64,000 bases of DNA from Candidatus Kaiserbacteria bacterium RIFCSPLOWO2_01_FULL_50_24 (GTDB lineage Bacteria; Patescibacteriota; Minisyncoccia; Phycocordibacterales; UBA2100). The stretch is from contig MFLU01000002.1 in NCBI GenBank assembly GCA_001783335.1, positions 4,948 through 68,947 of the forward strand, in the 5' to 3' direction. Position 1 is the first letter of the stretch, and each line of letters begins with the position of its first letter. Position numbers and translations under genes: made by a program. The notes under the pieces are model-generated. The model saw only the letters and a list, made by a program, of their open reading frames with translations, was not told where the DNA came from and did no database searches. Shown piece by piece: positions 19,426-28,850 of this stretch.

Positions 19426-20286
19426 ATGATCGGTCTTCTTTTGGTCAGCATCTCCACGCTCGCCGAGGAAATTCGAGATTCTCTCGGAAAATACGAAGTA
19501 TCACACCATCTGTCCAATATTTACGCGCTCGGATTTCTGACAAGCGTTGGGGGGCTCATCACCATTCTCGCAATCGGTTTCTTAGCACCAAAAGACTTTC
19601 TTGCGCCCGGTTTCCCAGCGGGATTCATATTCTCCACCGCCTCTCTCCCGACACTTCTTCCCCGTCTCCTCCTAGAGCTTTTTCAGGTACACATAACATT
19701 GCGCGCCCTCGTTGAGGCCGATAGAAGCACGTTCGGTTTTTTGCGCACGCTAACCCTGCCGCTTCTCTTTGCAGTAGACATACTTCTTGGGTATCACATC
19801 GGATTCTTGCAGGTCGTAGGCCTATCCGCGATCATTGGCAGTCTGTTCATACTTTTCGTTAACCACGGATTGAATACGCGCGGTTCGGGGCTCGTCCTTC
19901 TTGGCGCAGTAAACGCGGTCGCGACTATCTCACTCTTTAAATACAACATCACAAACTTCAACTCTGTGGAAACGGAACAGGCTATTTCATTTGCGTTCTT
20001 AACGGTTATCCTACTCTGTGTCGTGATTGCAAAGGGGCAAAACCCATTGCGTCTCGCGTCTCGTCCGCTATCGGTACTGCACATACTCTTAAGCGGTGCC
20101 GGAAGCGTTGTGTTCGGATTCGCTCTCGCCTTTGCTCCCGCATCTGTTATTACCGCGGCAAAGCGGTCACTATCTGTTTTGTGGGCGCTTGTCTCCGGAC
20201 ACGCGTATTTTGAAGAACATCATGTTGTATTGAAACTCGTGTGTTTCGTGCTCGTATCGACAGGTATCGTGTTACTCGTCGTATAA
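19426..20286 (+). CDS. DMT/EamA-like multi-TM protein
   Basis: About 10 TM helices in 286 aa; C-terminal KR.LSV.W...G...FEE. Confidence 0.75.
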   Translation: MIGLLLVSISTLAEEIRDSLGKYEVSHHLSNIYALGFLTSVGGLITILAIGFLAPKDFLAPGFPAGFIFSTASLPTLLPRLLLELFQVHITLRALVEADRSTFGFLRTLTLPLLFAVDILLGYHIGFLQVVGLSAIIGSLFILFVNHGLNTRGSGLVLLGAVNAVATISLFKYNITNFNSVETEQAISFAFLTVILLCVVIAKGQNPLRLASRPLSVLHILLSGAGSVVFGFALAFAPASVITAAKRSLSVLWALVSGHAYFEEHHVVLKLVCFVLVSTGIVLLVV

Positions 20287-20289
20287 CGC

Positions 20290-20515
20290 CAACACCCCGC
20301 TCGGAATGTCAATTGGCATTCGTGGACAGGGTGCTATGGTGAAGGGGGAATCCGTAGAGTTCGGGCGAAAGATTCTCTCAGCAAAGCTTTCACATGGAAA
20401 GTAGCAACATACATCTAAGGATGGGGGAAGCACCCCTCCCCTTACGAGGAGGGACTGTCCCGTCCTCGACAAAGTCACTATTGCTGAGAGAATCTTGCGA
20501 CCGATAGCTACACTG
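20290..20515 (-). ncRNA. Candidate structured ncRNA (unassigned)
   Basis: 16-bp perfect stem encloses three hairpins; near-consensus promoter directly upstream; no credible ORF. Confidence 0.55.
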
Positions 20516-20521
20516 CTTTTC

Positions 20522-20549
20522 AGTATATCATAAACAAACTTGATGTCAA
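20522..20549 (-). promoter_or_regulatory. Sigma70-type promoter
   Basis: TTGACA-16 nt-TATACT with TGn extended -10. Confidence 0.75.
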
Positions 20550-20575
20550 CCCCCCCGATAGATGGGGCGCGGCGC

Positions 20576-20705
20576 AGTTAAAAAGTTAAAAGGTAAAAAC
20601 TAAAAATGAAAAACGACAGTTAAAAAGTCAAGGCCGGAGAAGCGTCAGAAAACTTTTAATTTTGCATTGTCGTTTTTAGATTTTCATTTTTAACTTTTAC
20701 TTTTT
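20576..20705. repeat. Family II quasi-palindrome abutting the ruvB start
   Basis: AAAAACGACAG...TTGTCGTTTTT arms. Confidence 0.8.
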
Positions 20706-21719
20706 ATGTCCTCCCCTCCAAAAGACCGCATATCAATGCGCTCTTTAGATAATGCCCTCCGCCCCGCACTTTGGGGCGAGTATGTCGGGCAAAAAACCAT
20801 AAAAGAAAACCTGCGCATCCTCCTTACAGCGGCGAAGGGAAGACGTCATCAACCGGAACACGTGCTCCTGTATGGCCCGCCGGGGCTGGGAAAAACAACT
20901 CTCGCGCACTTGATAGCGCGCGAGATTGGCTCGTCGCTTCGCTCTACCTCCGGTCCCGCCATTGAGCGTGTGGGAGACCTCGCGTCTATTCTCACCAATC
21001 TGTCTCCGGGCAACGTCTTGTTCATAGACGAAGCGCACCGCCTCAACCGAGCGATAGAAGAAGTGCTCTACCCGGCCATGGAGGCTGGAATGCTTGATAT
21101 CGTTATAGGCAAAGGTCCATCGGCGCGCACGGTGCAATTGGAGCTCCCCGCTTTCACGCTGATTGCCGCGACAACGCGCATCTCCATGCTCTCCGGCCCT
21201 TTGCGCAGCCGTTTTTCGGGCGGCGTATTCCGTCTTTCATACTACACAGACAACGAAATTGCAGAGGTGCTTCTGCGCTCTGCAAAAATTCTAGAGATTC
21301 CGGCAGACGCCGACTCAGTGAGGGAGATCGCGCGGCGAAGCCGCGCGACGCCGCGCACGGCCAACTACCTGCTGAAACGCGCGCGCGATTTTGCGGAAGT
21401 TTCTGGTACTCCCCTCAATGCCGACACGGTTCGCAAAGCTCTCGCGCTTTTGGAAATAGATGAGGCGGGACTCAACCAAACCGACCGAGACATTCTCACT
21501 ATAATCGTGGATAAATTTAATGGCGGACCGGTAGGCTTAAAAACCGTCGCGGCGTCGCTCTCCGAAGAGGAGGAGACGATAGAAGAGGTGCATGAGCCCT
21601 ACCTTATGCAGTGTGGATTACTGGAACGTACGCCACGAGGGCGAGCGGTAACGAAAAAAGGATACCTGCACATCGGCGTCCCGCTTCCTGTTCAACCCGA
21701 ACCGAAACTTTTGTTGTGA
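20706..21719 (+). CDS. ruvB: Holliday junction helicase RuvB
   Basis: LRP...EYVGQ, GPPGLGKTTLA, EPYL...RTPRGR. Confidence 0.98.
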   Translation: MSSPPKDRISMRSLDNALRPALWGEYVGQKTIKENLRILLTAAKGRRHQPEHVLLYGPPGLGKTTLAHLIAREIGSSLRSTSGPAIERVGDLASILTNLSPGNVLFIDEAHRLNRAIEEVLYPAMEAGMLDIVIGKGPSARTVQLELPAFTLIAATTRISMLSGPLRSRFSGGVFRLSYYTDNEIAEVLLRSAKILEIPADADSVREIARRSRATPRTANYLLKRARDFAEVSGTPLNADTVRKALALLEIDEAGLNQTDRDILTIIVDKFNGGPVGLKTVAASLSEEEETIEEVHEPYLMQCGLLERTPRGRAVTKKGYLHIGVPLPVQPEPKLLL

Positions 21720-21877
21720 GCGCCCTAACACTGTGGATGGTGGGTGAATAATGGTGTTTCCGTGTAGCGCCCTTCAATACGTATACTCACCCTGTGTGCG
21801 GGTTATACACACAACGCCATCCAGGATATGCCAATCGGAACTATAATGAAATGCATATTAGTCTAATAGATTAAAAA

Positions 21878-22099
21878 ATGTGTATGGACCAAAAATTACT
21901 CGTGGGTGTTGCTGTTGGGCTCGTTGTTGGAGCTATTGGTGGGTATCTTATCGGCGGGAGCCAACCCGCCCCCGCCAGCGAAGGGGTGGCGAGTGAGGAG
22001 GGGGGGGCGGTGAATCCGTTTGAAAACGTTACCGCAAATCCACTTGAGAACGTGCGGACGAACCCTCTCCAGAACGTAAAGCTTAATCCGTTTGAATAA
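21878..22099 (+). CDS. Small membrane protein with NPxE repeats
   Basis: TM segment, then NPFE/NPLE/NPLQ/NPFE. Confidence 0.7.
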   Translation: MCMDQKLLVGVAVGLVVGAIGGYLIGGSQPAPASEGVASEEGGAVNPFENVTANPLENVRTNPLQNVKLNPFE

Positions 22100-22116
22100 T
22101 ATTCCGACTCGCCATT

Positions 22117-24120
22117 ATGACACTAAGAATTTTTGGTGCGACCACTCTCGCCGTGTTCGCATTTGCACTTTTCGGCGCGGGAATAGCATTCGCGCAAGAA
22201 GACACCGTAACGTTTCCCGTTCCGGAACTCGGGAACTGTGAATCAAAAGAGCAGTGCAAGGCGTATTGCGACAATCCGGACAACGTGCAGCAGTGTATTA
22301 ACTTCGCGGAAGCGCATGGTCTGATGTCTAAAGAGGACGTTGAGGTTGCGCGCAAGGTGGGATCGGACACGGGTCCAGGAGGGTGTCGCGGACAAGAATG
22401 CAGAGCGTACTGCGAGAACCCCGACCACGGGGAAGAGTGTCTCGCGTTCGCAGAAGAACGTGGGCTACTTCCGCCGGAAGAGTTGCGTGTAGCCAGACAA
22501 GTTATCAGGGAGGGCGGTCCCGGCGGATGCCGTAATGAGGTGCAGTGCAGAAGCTACTGCGACGCCGACGGCCACTTTGAAGAATGTATTGCGTTTGCAG
22601 AACAACATAATCTCATCCCCCCGGAAGAGCTCGCCATGGCAAAGAAGATGGGCAACAAGCCGGGCCCTGGCGGGTGCCGCAGAGAAGAGTGCCGCACATA
22701 CTGCGAAAATCCTGATCACATGACGGAGTGTATCGCGTTCGCCGAAGAGAACGGCTTGATATCTCCCGAGGAAGCGCAGATGGCCAAGAAAATGGGAAAC
22801 AAGCCGGGGCCGGGCGGATGCCGCGGAGAGGCGTGTCGCACATACTGCGAAGACGAGTCGCACATGGACGAGTGTATGGCATTCGCCATTGAGAACGGGA
22901 TGATGAAACCGGAAGAAGTAGAGATGGCGAAAAAAATGATGAGTCAGGGAGGACCGGGAGGATGTCGCGGACGGGAGTGCCAAACGTACTGCGAAAACCC
23001 AGAACATCAGGAAGCGTGTATGTCATTCGCCGTTGATAACGGCATGATGAAACCGGAAGAAGTAGAGATGGCGAAAAAAATGATGAGTCAGGGAGGACCG
23101 GGAGGATGTCGCGGACGGGAGTGCCAGACATATTGTGACGACCCTGCACATAATGAGGAGTGTTTTGCGTTCGCGGAACAAAACGGCCTAATCTCTCCTG
23201 AACAAGCACAGCAGGCGCGAAAGTTCCAGGAAGTTGGCGGTCCCGGCGGATGCAAGGGACAAGAATGCAGAACGTACTGTGAAGGCCCGGAACACATGCA
23301 AGAATGTATGGCGTTTGCGCAAGAACAGGGTTTTGGACCTCCTCCGGGCGAACATGGCGGCGAATTTGGAGGACCGCCCGGTGGGATGCCGTGCGGGAGC
23401 CCAGAAGAATGTGAAAAGATGTTCCGTGAGGGCGGTATGCCGCAAGGCGGAGAATTCGGGCCCGGACGTCTTCCGGGGCAAGCCGACTTCGGGCAAGACC
23501 GAGCAATGGACATGCGCGAGTTTGAAACACCGCCCGGATTTGAGCATCGCGGGGAATTCGGACCACAAGGAGAATTCGGCGGAGAGACGCCCTGTGCTTC
23601 ACCGGAGGAATGTCAACGAATGTTCAGTGAACACGGTGACTCTCCAGAGGGATTCGAACAGCAGTTTAATCAACAGTACCAAGAAGAATACCAGAAACAA
23701 TATGATATGCAGAGGCAAGAATTTCAGCAAGACGGAGCACAGTACCAACAAGACGGTATGAACTTCCAGCAGGACGGAACGCAGTACCAGCAGAGCGGCA
23801 CACAATATCAACAGACACAAACGGGTACATACGGCGATTCGCATCAAATGACGCCGGAGCAACAGCAACAGTATCAATCGGGAACCTACACACAACCCTC
23901 GTCTGGTTCGTACGACGGTGGTTCATATCAACAACCAACTTCAGGTTCGTACACGCCATCCTCCTCAGACGGTGGTTCTTATCAGCAACCGTCCGGATCT
24001 TATAGCCCACCTCCCTCGGGAGACTCCGGAGGGTCTATGCAGCCACCCCCAGGACCAACGTCTTCTAACTTTGTAGCGGCGGTTGTCTACGCATTCCAAC
24101 TGCTGTTCGGATTACGGTAA
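22117..24120 (+). CDS. Secreted Cys-rich repeat protein (GPGGC repeats)
   Basis: Signal peptide; ~8 repeats of ~49 aa; Gln/Ser-rich tail; hydrophobic C-terminus. Confidence 0.9.
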   Translation: MTLRIFGATTLAVFAFALFGAGIAFAQEDTVTFPVPELGNCESKEQCKAYCDNPDNVQQCINFAEAHGLMSKEDVEVARKVGSDTGPGGCRGQECRAYCENPDHGEECLAFAEERGLLPPEELRVARQVIREGGPGGCRNEVQCRSYCDADGHFEECIAFAEQHNLIPPEELAMAKKMGNKPGPGGCRREECRTYCENPDHMTECIAFAEENGLISPEEAQMAKKMGNKPGPGGCRGEACRTYCEDESHMDECMAFAIENGMMKPEEVEMAKKMMSQGGPGGCRGRECQTYCENPEHQEACMSFAVDNGMMKPEEVEMAKKMMSQGGPGGCRGRECQTYCDDPAHNEECFAFAEQNGLISPEQAQQARKFQEVGGPGGCKGQECRTYCEGPEHMQECMAFAQEQGFGPPPGEHGGEFGGPPGGMPCGSPEECEKMFREGGMPQGGEFGPGRLPGQADFGQDRAMDMREFETPPGFEHRGEFGPQGEFGGETPCASPEECQRMFSEHGDSPEGFEQQFNQQYQEEYQKQYDMQRQEFQQDGAQYQQDGMNFQQDGTQYQQSGTQYQQTQTGTYGDSHQMTPEQQQQYQSGTYTQPSSGSYDGGSYQQPTSGSYTPSSSDGGSYQQPSGSYSPPPSGDSGGSMQPPPGPTSSNFVAAVVYAFQLLFGLR

Positions 24121-24195
24121 GCGGAAGAACAGAGGATCAACAACTCCAGCGTGCTGGAGTTGTTGCATTCGCATATTTCCACTATCCTTGTTGTT

Positions 24196-24726
24196 ATGTC
24201 CGGACACAGTAAGTGGTCTCAAATAAAGCGACAGAAGGGCGCAAACGATACGGCGCGAAGCGCGGCATTCGGAAAGCTTGCGCGGCGTATTGCCGTGGAA
24301 GCAAAAAAGGCCGCGGGCGATCTCGCCTCCCCGGGACTTCACGCGGCAATGGAGAAGGCGAAACAGGACAATATGCCGAAAGAAAACATTGAGCGCGCAA
24401 TCGCTCGGGGCACCACAGCCGATGCGAGCGCGCTCGAATCGGTCGTCTACGAAACATACGGTCCGGGCGGCGCCGCCATCGTCATTGACGCCATAACCGA
24501 TAGTAGGAACAGAACGTCAGCAGAAATAAAACATCTACTCTCTAAAAACGGCCTTGCTCTCTCCGAAACCGGAAGCGCGCTCTGGGCGTTTGAGAGAAAA
24601 GCCGAGGGATTCGAGCCGAAAACTACCGTGAAGCTCTCACCCGAGGATGACAAAAAACTCATGGTGATTCTCGGAGAGATAGACGCATATGACGACGTGG
24701 AAGAGGTATATACAAACGCGGCATAG
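24196..24726 (+). CDS. yebC: YebC/PmpR family protein (short form)
   Basis: MSGHSKWSQIKRQK, NMPKENIERAI, YE.YGPGG, DDVEEVYTN. Confidence 0.95.
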   Translation: MSGHSKWSQIKRQKGANDTARSAAFGKLARRIAVEAKKAAGDLASPGLHAAMEKAKQDNMPKENIERAIARGTTADASALESVVYETYGPGGAAIVIDAITDSRNRTSAEIKHLLSKNGLALSETGSALWAFERKAEGFEPKTTVKLSPEDDKKLMVILGEIDAYDDVEEVYTNAA

Positions 24727-24788
24727 CCGCGTTCGTAAGTGAAAAATGAAAAAGTAAAAATGAAAAATGACAGTGTAAAATTAAAAAT

Positions 24789-25289
24789 ATGAAAATTCTG
24801 GGAATAGACCCGGGGTATGGAAGATGTGGAATTGCGGTAGTAGAAAAAGAAAACGGTAGGGAGACGCTTCTCCACTCCGCGTGCATTGAAACATCCGCGA
24901 AAAAAGAATTTCCAGAGCGCCTCGCGAAAGTGATAAAAGAATGTTCACTGCTCATAAAAAAACACCGACCGGATGTCATGGCGCTGGAAAAACTGTTTTT
25001 CACTAAAAACCAGAAAACGGCGATGCGCGTCGCGGAAGTGCGCGGTGCGATAATTTCTGAAGCCACAAAGCACAGCCTCCCCGTTCACGAGTACACGCCA
25101 AACGAGATAAAAAGCGCCGTTGCGAGCTCGGGAAACGCGAGCAAACAACAGGTCGCCGCGATGCTTAAACTGCTTTTGAAAATAGAAAAAGAAGTAAAGT
25201 ATGACGACGAGTGGGATGCCATAGCAGTGGCCATGACACACCTTGCAGTAGATCGCGCGACGACGCCCCGCACCAAAAATCTCACTTAG
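24789..25289 (+). CDS. ruvC: Holliday junction resolvase RuvC
   Basis: ILGIDPG, E.LFF, AEVRG, YTP.EIK, DDEWDAIAVA. Confidence 0.97.
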   Translation: MKILGIDPGYGRCGIAVVEKENGRETLLHSACIETSAKKEFPERLAKVIKECSLLIKKHRPDVMALEKLFFTKNQKTAMRVAEVRGAIISEATKHSLPVHEYTPNEIKSAVASSGNASKQQVAAMLKLLLKIEKEVKYDDEWDAIAVAMTHLAVDRATTPRTKNLT

Positions 25290-25371
25290 TACGCAAACGC
25301 CCCGTTTTGGAGTTTTTATAAAATGCAAATAAACCTCAGACATGGGGAGTCCGTTGATTTTGATGCGGGGT
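25266..25371. repeat. CCCCGCACC-ended hairpin supplying the ruvC stop codon
   Basis: CCCCGCACCAAAAATC...GATTTTGATGCGGGG. Confidence 0.8.
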
Positions 25372-25543
25372 AAAAGTGGGACGCAATTGCGGTTGCCCTC
25401 ACACACTGCACAAGAGCAAGATAACTCCATCAAGGTCCGGCCTTGATAAAGTATGCGGGGTAAAAGTGGGACGCAATTGCGGTTGCCCTCACACACTGCA
25501 CAAGAGCAAGATAACTCCATCAAGGTCCGGCCTTGATAAAGTA
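25363..25543. repeat. Perfect 90-bp tandem duplication
   Basis: Units start at 25363 and 25453. Confidence 0.95.
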
Positions 25544-25575
25544 CGAGTAACAGTGTTAGGAAACATTTGTGGGGG

Positions 25576-25603
25576 TTGACATGTAAATCGAACGGGTTAC
25601 AAT
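25576..25603 (+). promoter_or_regulatory. Sigma70-type promoter
   Basis: TTGACA-16 nt-TACAAT upstream of ORF 25642. Confidence 0.6.
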
Positions 25604-25641
25604 GCTCGTTGGTAAGGTGTAAACGGAAACACAACACAAGG

Positions 25642-25971
25642 ATGGGAAAGATCATGCCAAAGTCCGTTCAAGTAAAATTGACGACTAGGTCAGTATTCCT
25701 CTTCATGGAGGGAAGCCCGGAGCTCGGGATTGGGCAACGGGTTGCGCACGAGGCGATGAGGCACCTGTGCGAGCAGACGAGCCTTCCTGTTGTGGATGGC
25801 GATGGGAAAGTCACCGGACACATTCCTGGAGACGTGGTGTTTGTCGGCAGTGTAGTCGTGGGTGAGAACGGCCTCCCCTACTTCCAGCCGGCGCGCGTCC
25901 GCCTCGCTGCCGTAGAGGCGATTATGGGTAAGGACGGATGGGAACGTCCGTCGAGGAAACACTGGGAATGA
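25642..25971 (+). CDS. Hypothetical protein
   Basis: ORF directly after a promoter-like motif; start could be 25642 or 25654. Confidence 0.6.
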   Translation: MGKIMPKSVQVKLTTRSVFLFMEGSPELGIGQRVAHEAMRHLCEQTSLPVVDGDGKVTGHIPGDVVFVGSVVVGENGLPYFQPARVRLAAVEAIMGKDGWERPSRKHWE

Positions 25972-26092
25972 GGCCCACGCGCCGCAATGATTGTTCTGTT
26001 CGGAACAATCATTGCGGCGCGCTTTTCTGTGTGATAACGTTTCGCTACTATTAGAGCATGCTCTCTGGAGGTACAATTACTACATTGTGACC

Positions 26093-28447
26093 ATGTTCCG
26101 TCATGTTCAGCGCCGCGCGCGCTATTTTTTGCGACTTTTTATAGTCGGCATTATTGCTACCGCCATATTTTGGAGCGGCATCTTCGTCGCATGGGCGGCA
26201 GTCGTTTCTATTCCCTCCATAGACAACTTTGAGAACCGCCGCGTCGCGGAGTCCACAAAAATATATGACCGCACGGGCGACGTCCTTCTCTGGGACGTGC
26301 ATGGCACCATGCGCCGCACCGCCGTCCCTTTGGAGGACGTTTCCATACATATTAGGAACGCGACGATAGCTATAGAGGACGACACCTTTTACGAGCATAA
26401 CGGCATACGACCACTCGCAACCCTACGCGCCATCTTCCGAAACTTCACACAGTTTGAGCTCCTCGGCGGACACGGCGGTTCCACCATTACCCAGCAGGTG
26501 GTGAAAAACACCCTACTTACGAGAGACAAAACCATTATCCGCAAAGCAAAAGAGTGGGTACTCGCCGTCAAACTTGAGCACATGTATACTAAAGACAAAA
26601 TTCTTGAGACCTACCTAAACGAGACCCCTTACGGCGGAACGCTCTATGGCGTTGAAGAGGCAAGCCAGTATTTTTTTGGCATACCGGCAAAAGAAGTGTC
26701 CTTAGCGCAAGCGGCATACATCGCGGCACTACCGCAGGCGCCCACACGCTACTCCCCCTACGGTTCACGCCGTGAAGAGTTGGAGAACAGAAAAAATCTC
26801 GTGCTGGAACGCATGTTCGTCAACGGATTTATAACGGAAGAAGAGCATTCCTTCGCCTCTTCTGAAATAGTAACTTTCAAAGAAGAGAGAGAGGCCGGCA
26901 TTAAGGCGCCGCACTTTGTTTTTTACGTTCTTGAATACATAGAAGAAAAATACGGCGTGGATGCAGTTGCAAATGGCGGACTTACAATCGTTACGACCCT
27001 TGATTATGACTTACAGAAAAAGGCGGAGGAGATAGTAGAAAAATATGCGCTCGAGAACGAGCGAAAATTCAACGCGGAGAACGCGGGGCTCGTCGCTATT
27101 GACCCGAAAACCGGACAAATTATCGCCATGGTCGGCTCGCGCGGCTATTTTGATGAAGAGATAGACGGCATGGTGAACGTTACTATCACGCCACAACAGC
27201 CTGGCTCCGCATTCAAGCCCTTCGTATACGCCGCCGCATTTGAAAAGGGGTACGCGCCGGAAACGGTTCTGTTTGACCTCAAAACGCAGTTTACCGCGCA
27301 CTGCGCGCCGAACGACCTTGAAACGCACGACGACTGCTATGCGCCGGAAAACTACGACAACACATTCCGCGGCCCGGTACGTTTACGGGACGCGCTCGCG
27401 CAGTCAATAAACGTACCCTCGGTGAAGGTTCTCTACCTCACCGGAGTAAAAACGGCAATAAAATATGCAAAAAACATTGGCGTTACGACACTCACAAACC
27501 CGAACCAGTACGGCCTCACACTCGTTCTAGGGGGCGGCGAAGTGTACCTCCTTGATATGGTAAGTGCGTACAGCGTATTTGCGAACGAAGGCGTGCGCAA
27601 CGAACCCGTGCGTACTCTTCGCGTTGAGGACTCTGACAGACGCACACTTGAAGAGTACCGTGGAAAACCGGACCGCGTCATACCGGCGTCTATCGCAAAC
27701 ACCATTTCAGACATACTCTCGGACGAAGCGGCTCGTGCGCCCGCGTTCGGCGAAGGTTCCGCGCTCTTTGTTCCCGGAGCGTTTGTTGCGGCAAAAACGG
27801 GAACGACGAACGACTACCGAGACGCATGGATAATCGGCTATTCCCCCACCATAGTTGCGGGTAGTTGGGCAGGAAACAACGACAACAGTCCTATGGAAAA
27901 GCGTGTTGCGGGATTCATTGTGGCCCCTTTATGGAACGAGTTTATGCGATACGCGACGCAAAAGTACCCCTCAGGACGTTTCCCGCCCTTGCCGCCAGAT
28001 CCGCTCCTCGGCTCTATCCCCCCCGTCTTGAATGGAGAGTGGAACACCAATCCACAAGAAGGAGTCCATAGTATTTTGTATTGGGTCAATAAAGATGACC
28101 CGCGATCCGGTAATCCAGATCGATCCGATGGCCAGCTGCCATTATGGGACTATCCGGTTTCTTTATGGGCAAGCGGCGCGTCCGCACAAAACCCTTTTCT
28201 CATCGTGTCTCCGCAGCAGAGTTCAACTGTCTCGCGCGCACCATTCGTGGCACTCGCCACCCACGCAAATCCGCAGTCCATTACGCGCGTTCTGTTTTAT
28301 CTGAACGATACATTGGTAGGAGAGGCAAAAACACAACCATATATCGTAACCATAACACCACCTACCTCCGGCCCCGCTACTCTCCGCGCGGTCGCCGAAG
28401 GACCACAGAGTTCTGAGGAAACCTCTGTAACGTTCACGATTCAGTAG
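26093..28447 (+). CDS. Class A penicillin-binding protein (PBP1A family) with C-terminal Ig-like domain
   Basis: EDxxF, GGSTITQQ, RKxxE, SAFK, SIN and KTG motifs. Confidence 0.96.
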   Translation: MFRHVQRRARYFLRLFIVGIIATAIFWSGIFVAWAAVVSIPSIDNFENRRVAESTKIYDRTGDVLLWDVHGTMRRTAVPLEDVSIHIRNATIAIEDDTFYEHNGIRPLATLRAIFRNFTQFELLGGHGGSTITQQVVKNTLLTRDKTIIRKAKEWVLAVKLEHMYTKDKILETYLNETPYGGTLYGVEEASQYFFGIPAKEVSLAQAAYIAALPQAPTRYSPYGSRREELENRKNLVLERMFVNGFITEEEHSFASSEIVTFKEEREAGIKAPHFVFYVLEYIEEKYGVDAVANGGLTIVTTLDYDLQKKAEEIVEKYALENERKFNAENAGLVAIDPKTGQIIAMVGSRGYFDEEIDGMVNVTITPQQPGSAFKPFVYAAAFEKGYAPETVLFDLKTQFTAHCAPNDLETHDDCYAPENYDNTFRGPVRLRDALAQSINVPSVKVLYLTGVKTAIKYAKNIGVTTLTNPNQYGLTLVLGGGEVYLLDMVSAYSVFANEGVRNEPVRTLRVEDSDRRTLEEYRGKPDRVIPASIANTISDILSDEAARAPAFGEGSALFVPGAFVAAKTGTTNDYRDAWIIGYSPTIVAGSWAGNNDNSPMEKRVAGFIVAPLWNEFMRYATQKYPSGRFPPLPPDPLLGSIPPVLNGEWNTNPQEGVHSILYWVNKDDPRSGNPDRSDGQLPLWDYPVSLWASGASAQNPFLIVSPQQSSTVSRAPFVALATHANPQSITRVLFYLNDTLVGEAKTQPYIVTITPPTSGPATLRAVAEGPQSSEETSVTFTIQ

Positions 28448-28523
28448 AACACACTACCATTTTCTCTCATTTTTTTATCTCGTGAAATACGGAACGACAG
28501 TTGAGTATTGCATAACATTCCCG

Positions 28524-28565
28524 ACACTACACATCTGGGCCGGTCGGCCCAGATGTGTAGTGTGT
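28524..28565. repeat. REP-like palindrome
   Basis: ACACTACACATCTGGGCCG-GT-CGGCCCAGATGTGTAGTGT; second copy at 52505-52547. Confidence 0.8.
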
Positions 28566-28606
28566 GGATTTTCCAATTCTTCCAAAAAAACAAAGATGGG
28601 GTGGGT

Positions 28607-28679
28607 CCCCTGCAAGGCCTTGCCTTGCCATATACTAAACTCTCCCCTGCAAGGCCTTGCCTTGCCATATACTAAACTC
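28607..28679. repeat. Short tandem duplication containing CAAGGCCTTGCCTTG
   Basis: CCCCTGCAAGGCCTTGCCTTGCCATATACTAAACTC twice; core recurs near 58186-58208. Confidence 0.85.
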
Positions 28680-28708
28680 CAGGGGTTTAACCTTCAGAGA
28701 ACGCGGTT

Positions 28709-28845
28709 TTGCATTTCCACCTTCCTCAGCGAGCGTAGGCGTCATTGCCCTAAGAAGGCCTTGTGCAGCGCGGCGGCGCGAGCAGAGCAAATTTTCAGCA
28801 GAAAATTATGCGTGCCTTTCGAGGGGCAATATCTCCAAGCGAGCG
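28709..28845 (-). repeat. Post-stop cassette type C, after dnaN
   Basis: Homologous to 11261-11391. Confidence 0.85.
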
Positions 28846-28850
28846 CCCTC

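Noticed and set aside
20272-20478. 68-aa ORF or tmRNA
   Set aside because: No RBS or motif for the ORF; the TTCACCA end lacks a T-arm and matching 5' acceptor strand
22117-24120. Multiheme cytochrome
   Set aside because: No CxxCH motifs
24945-25655. 236-aa minus-strand ORF
   Set aside because: Antisense to ruvC and kept open by the 90-bp repeat
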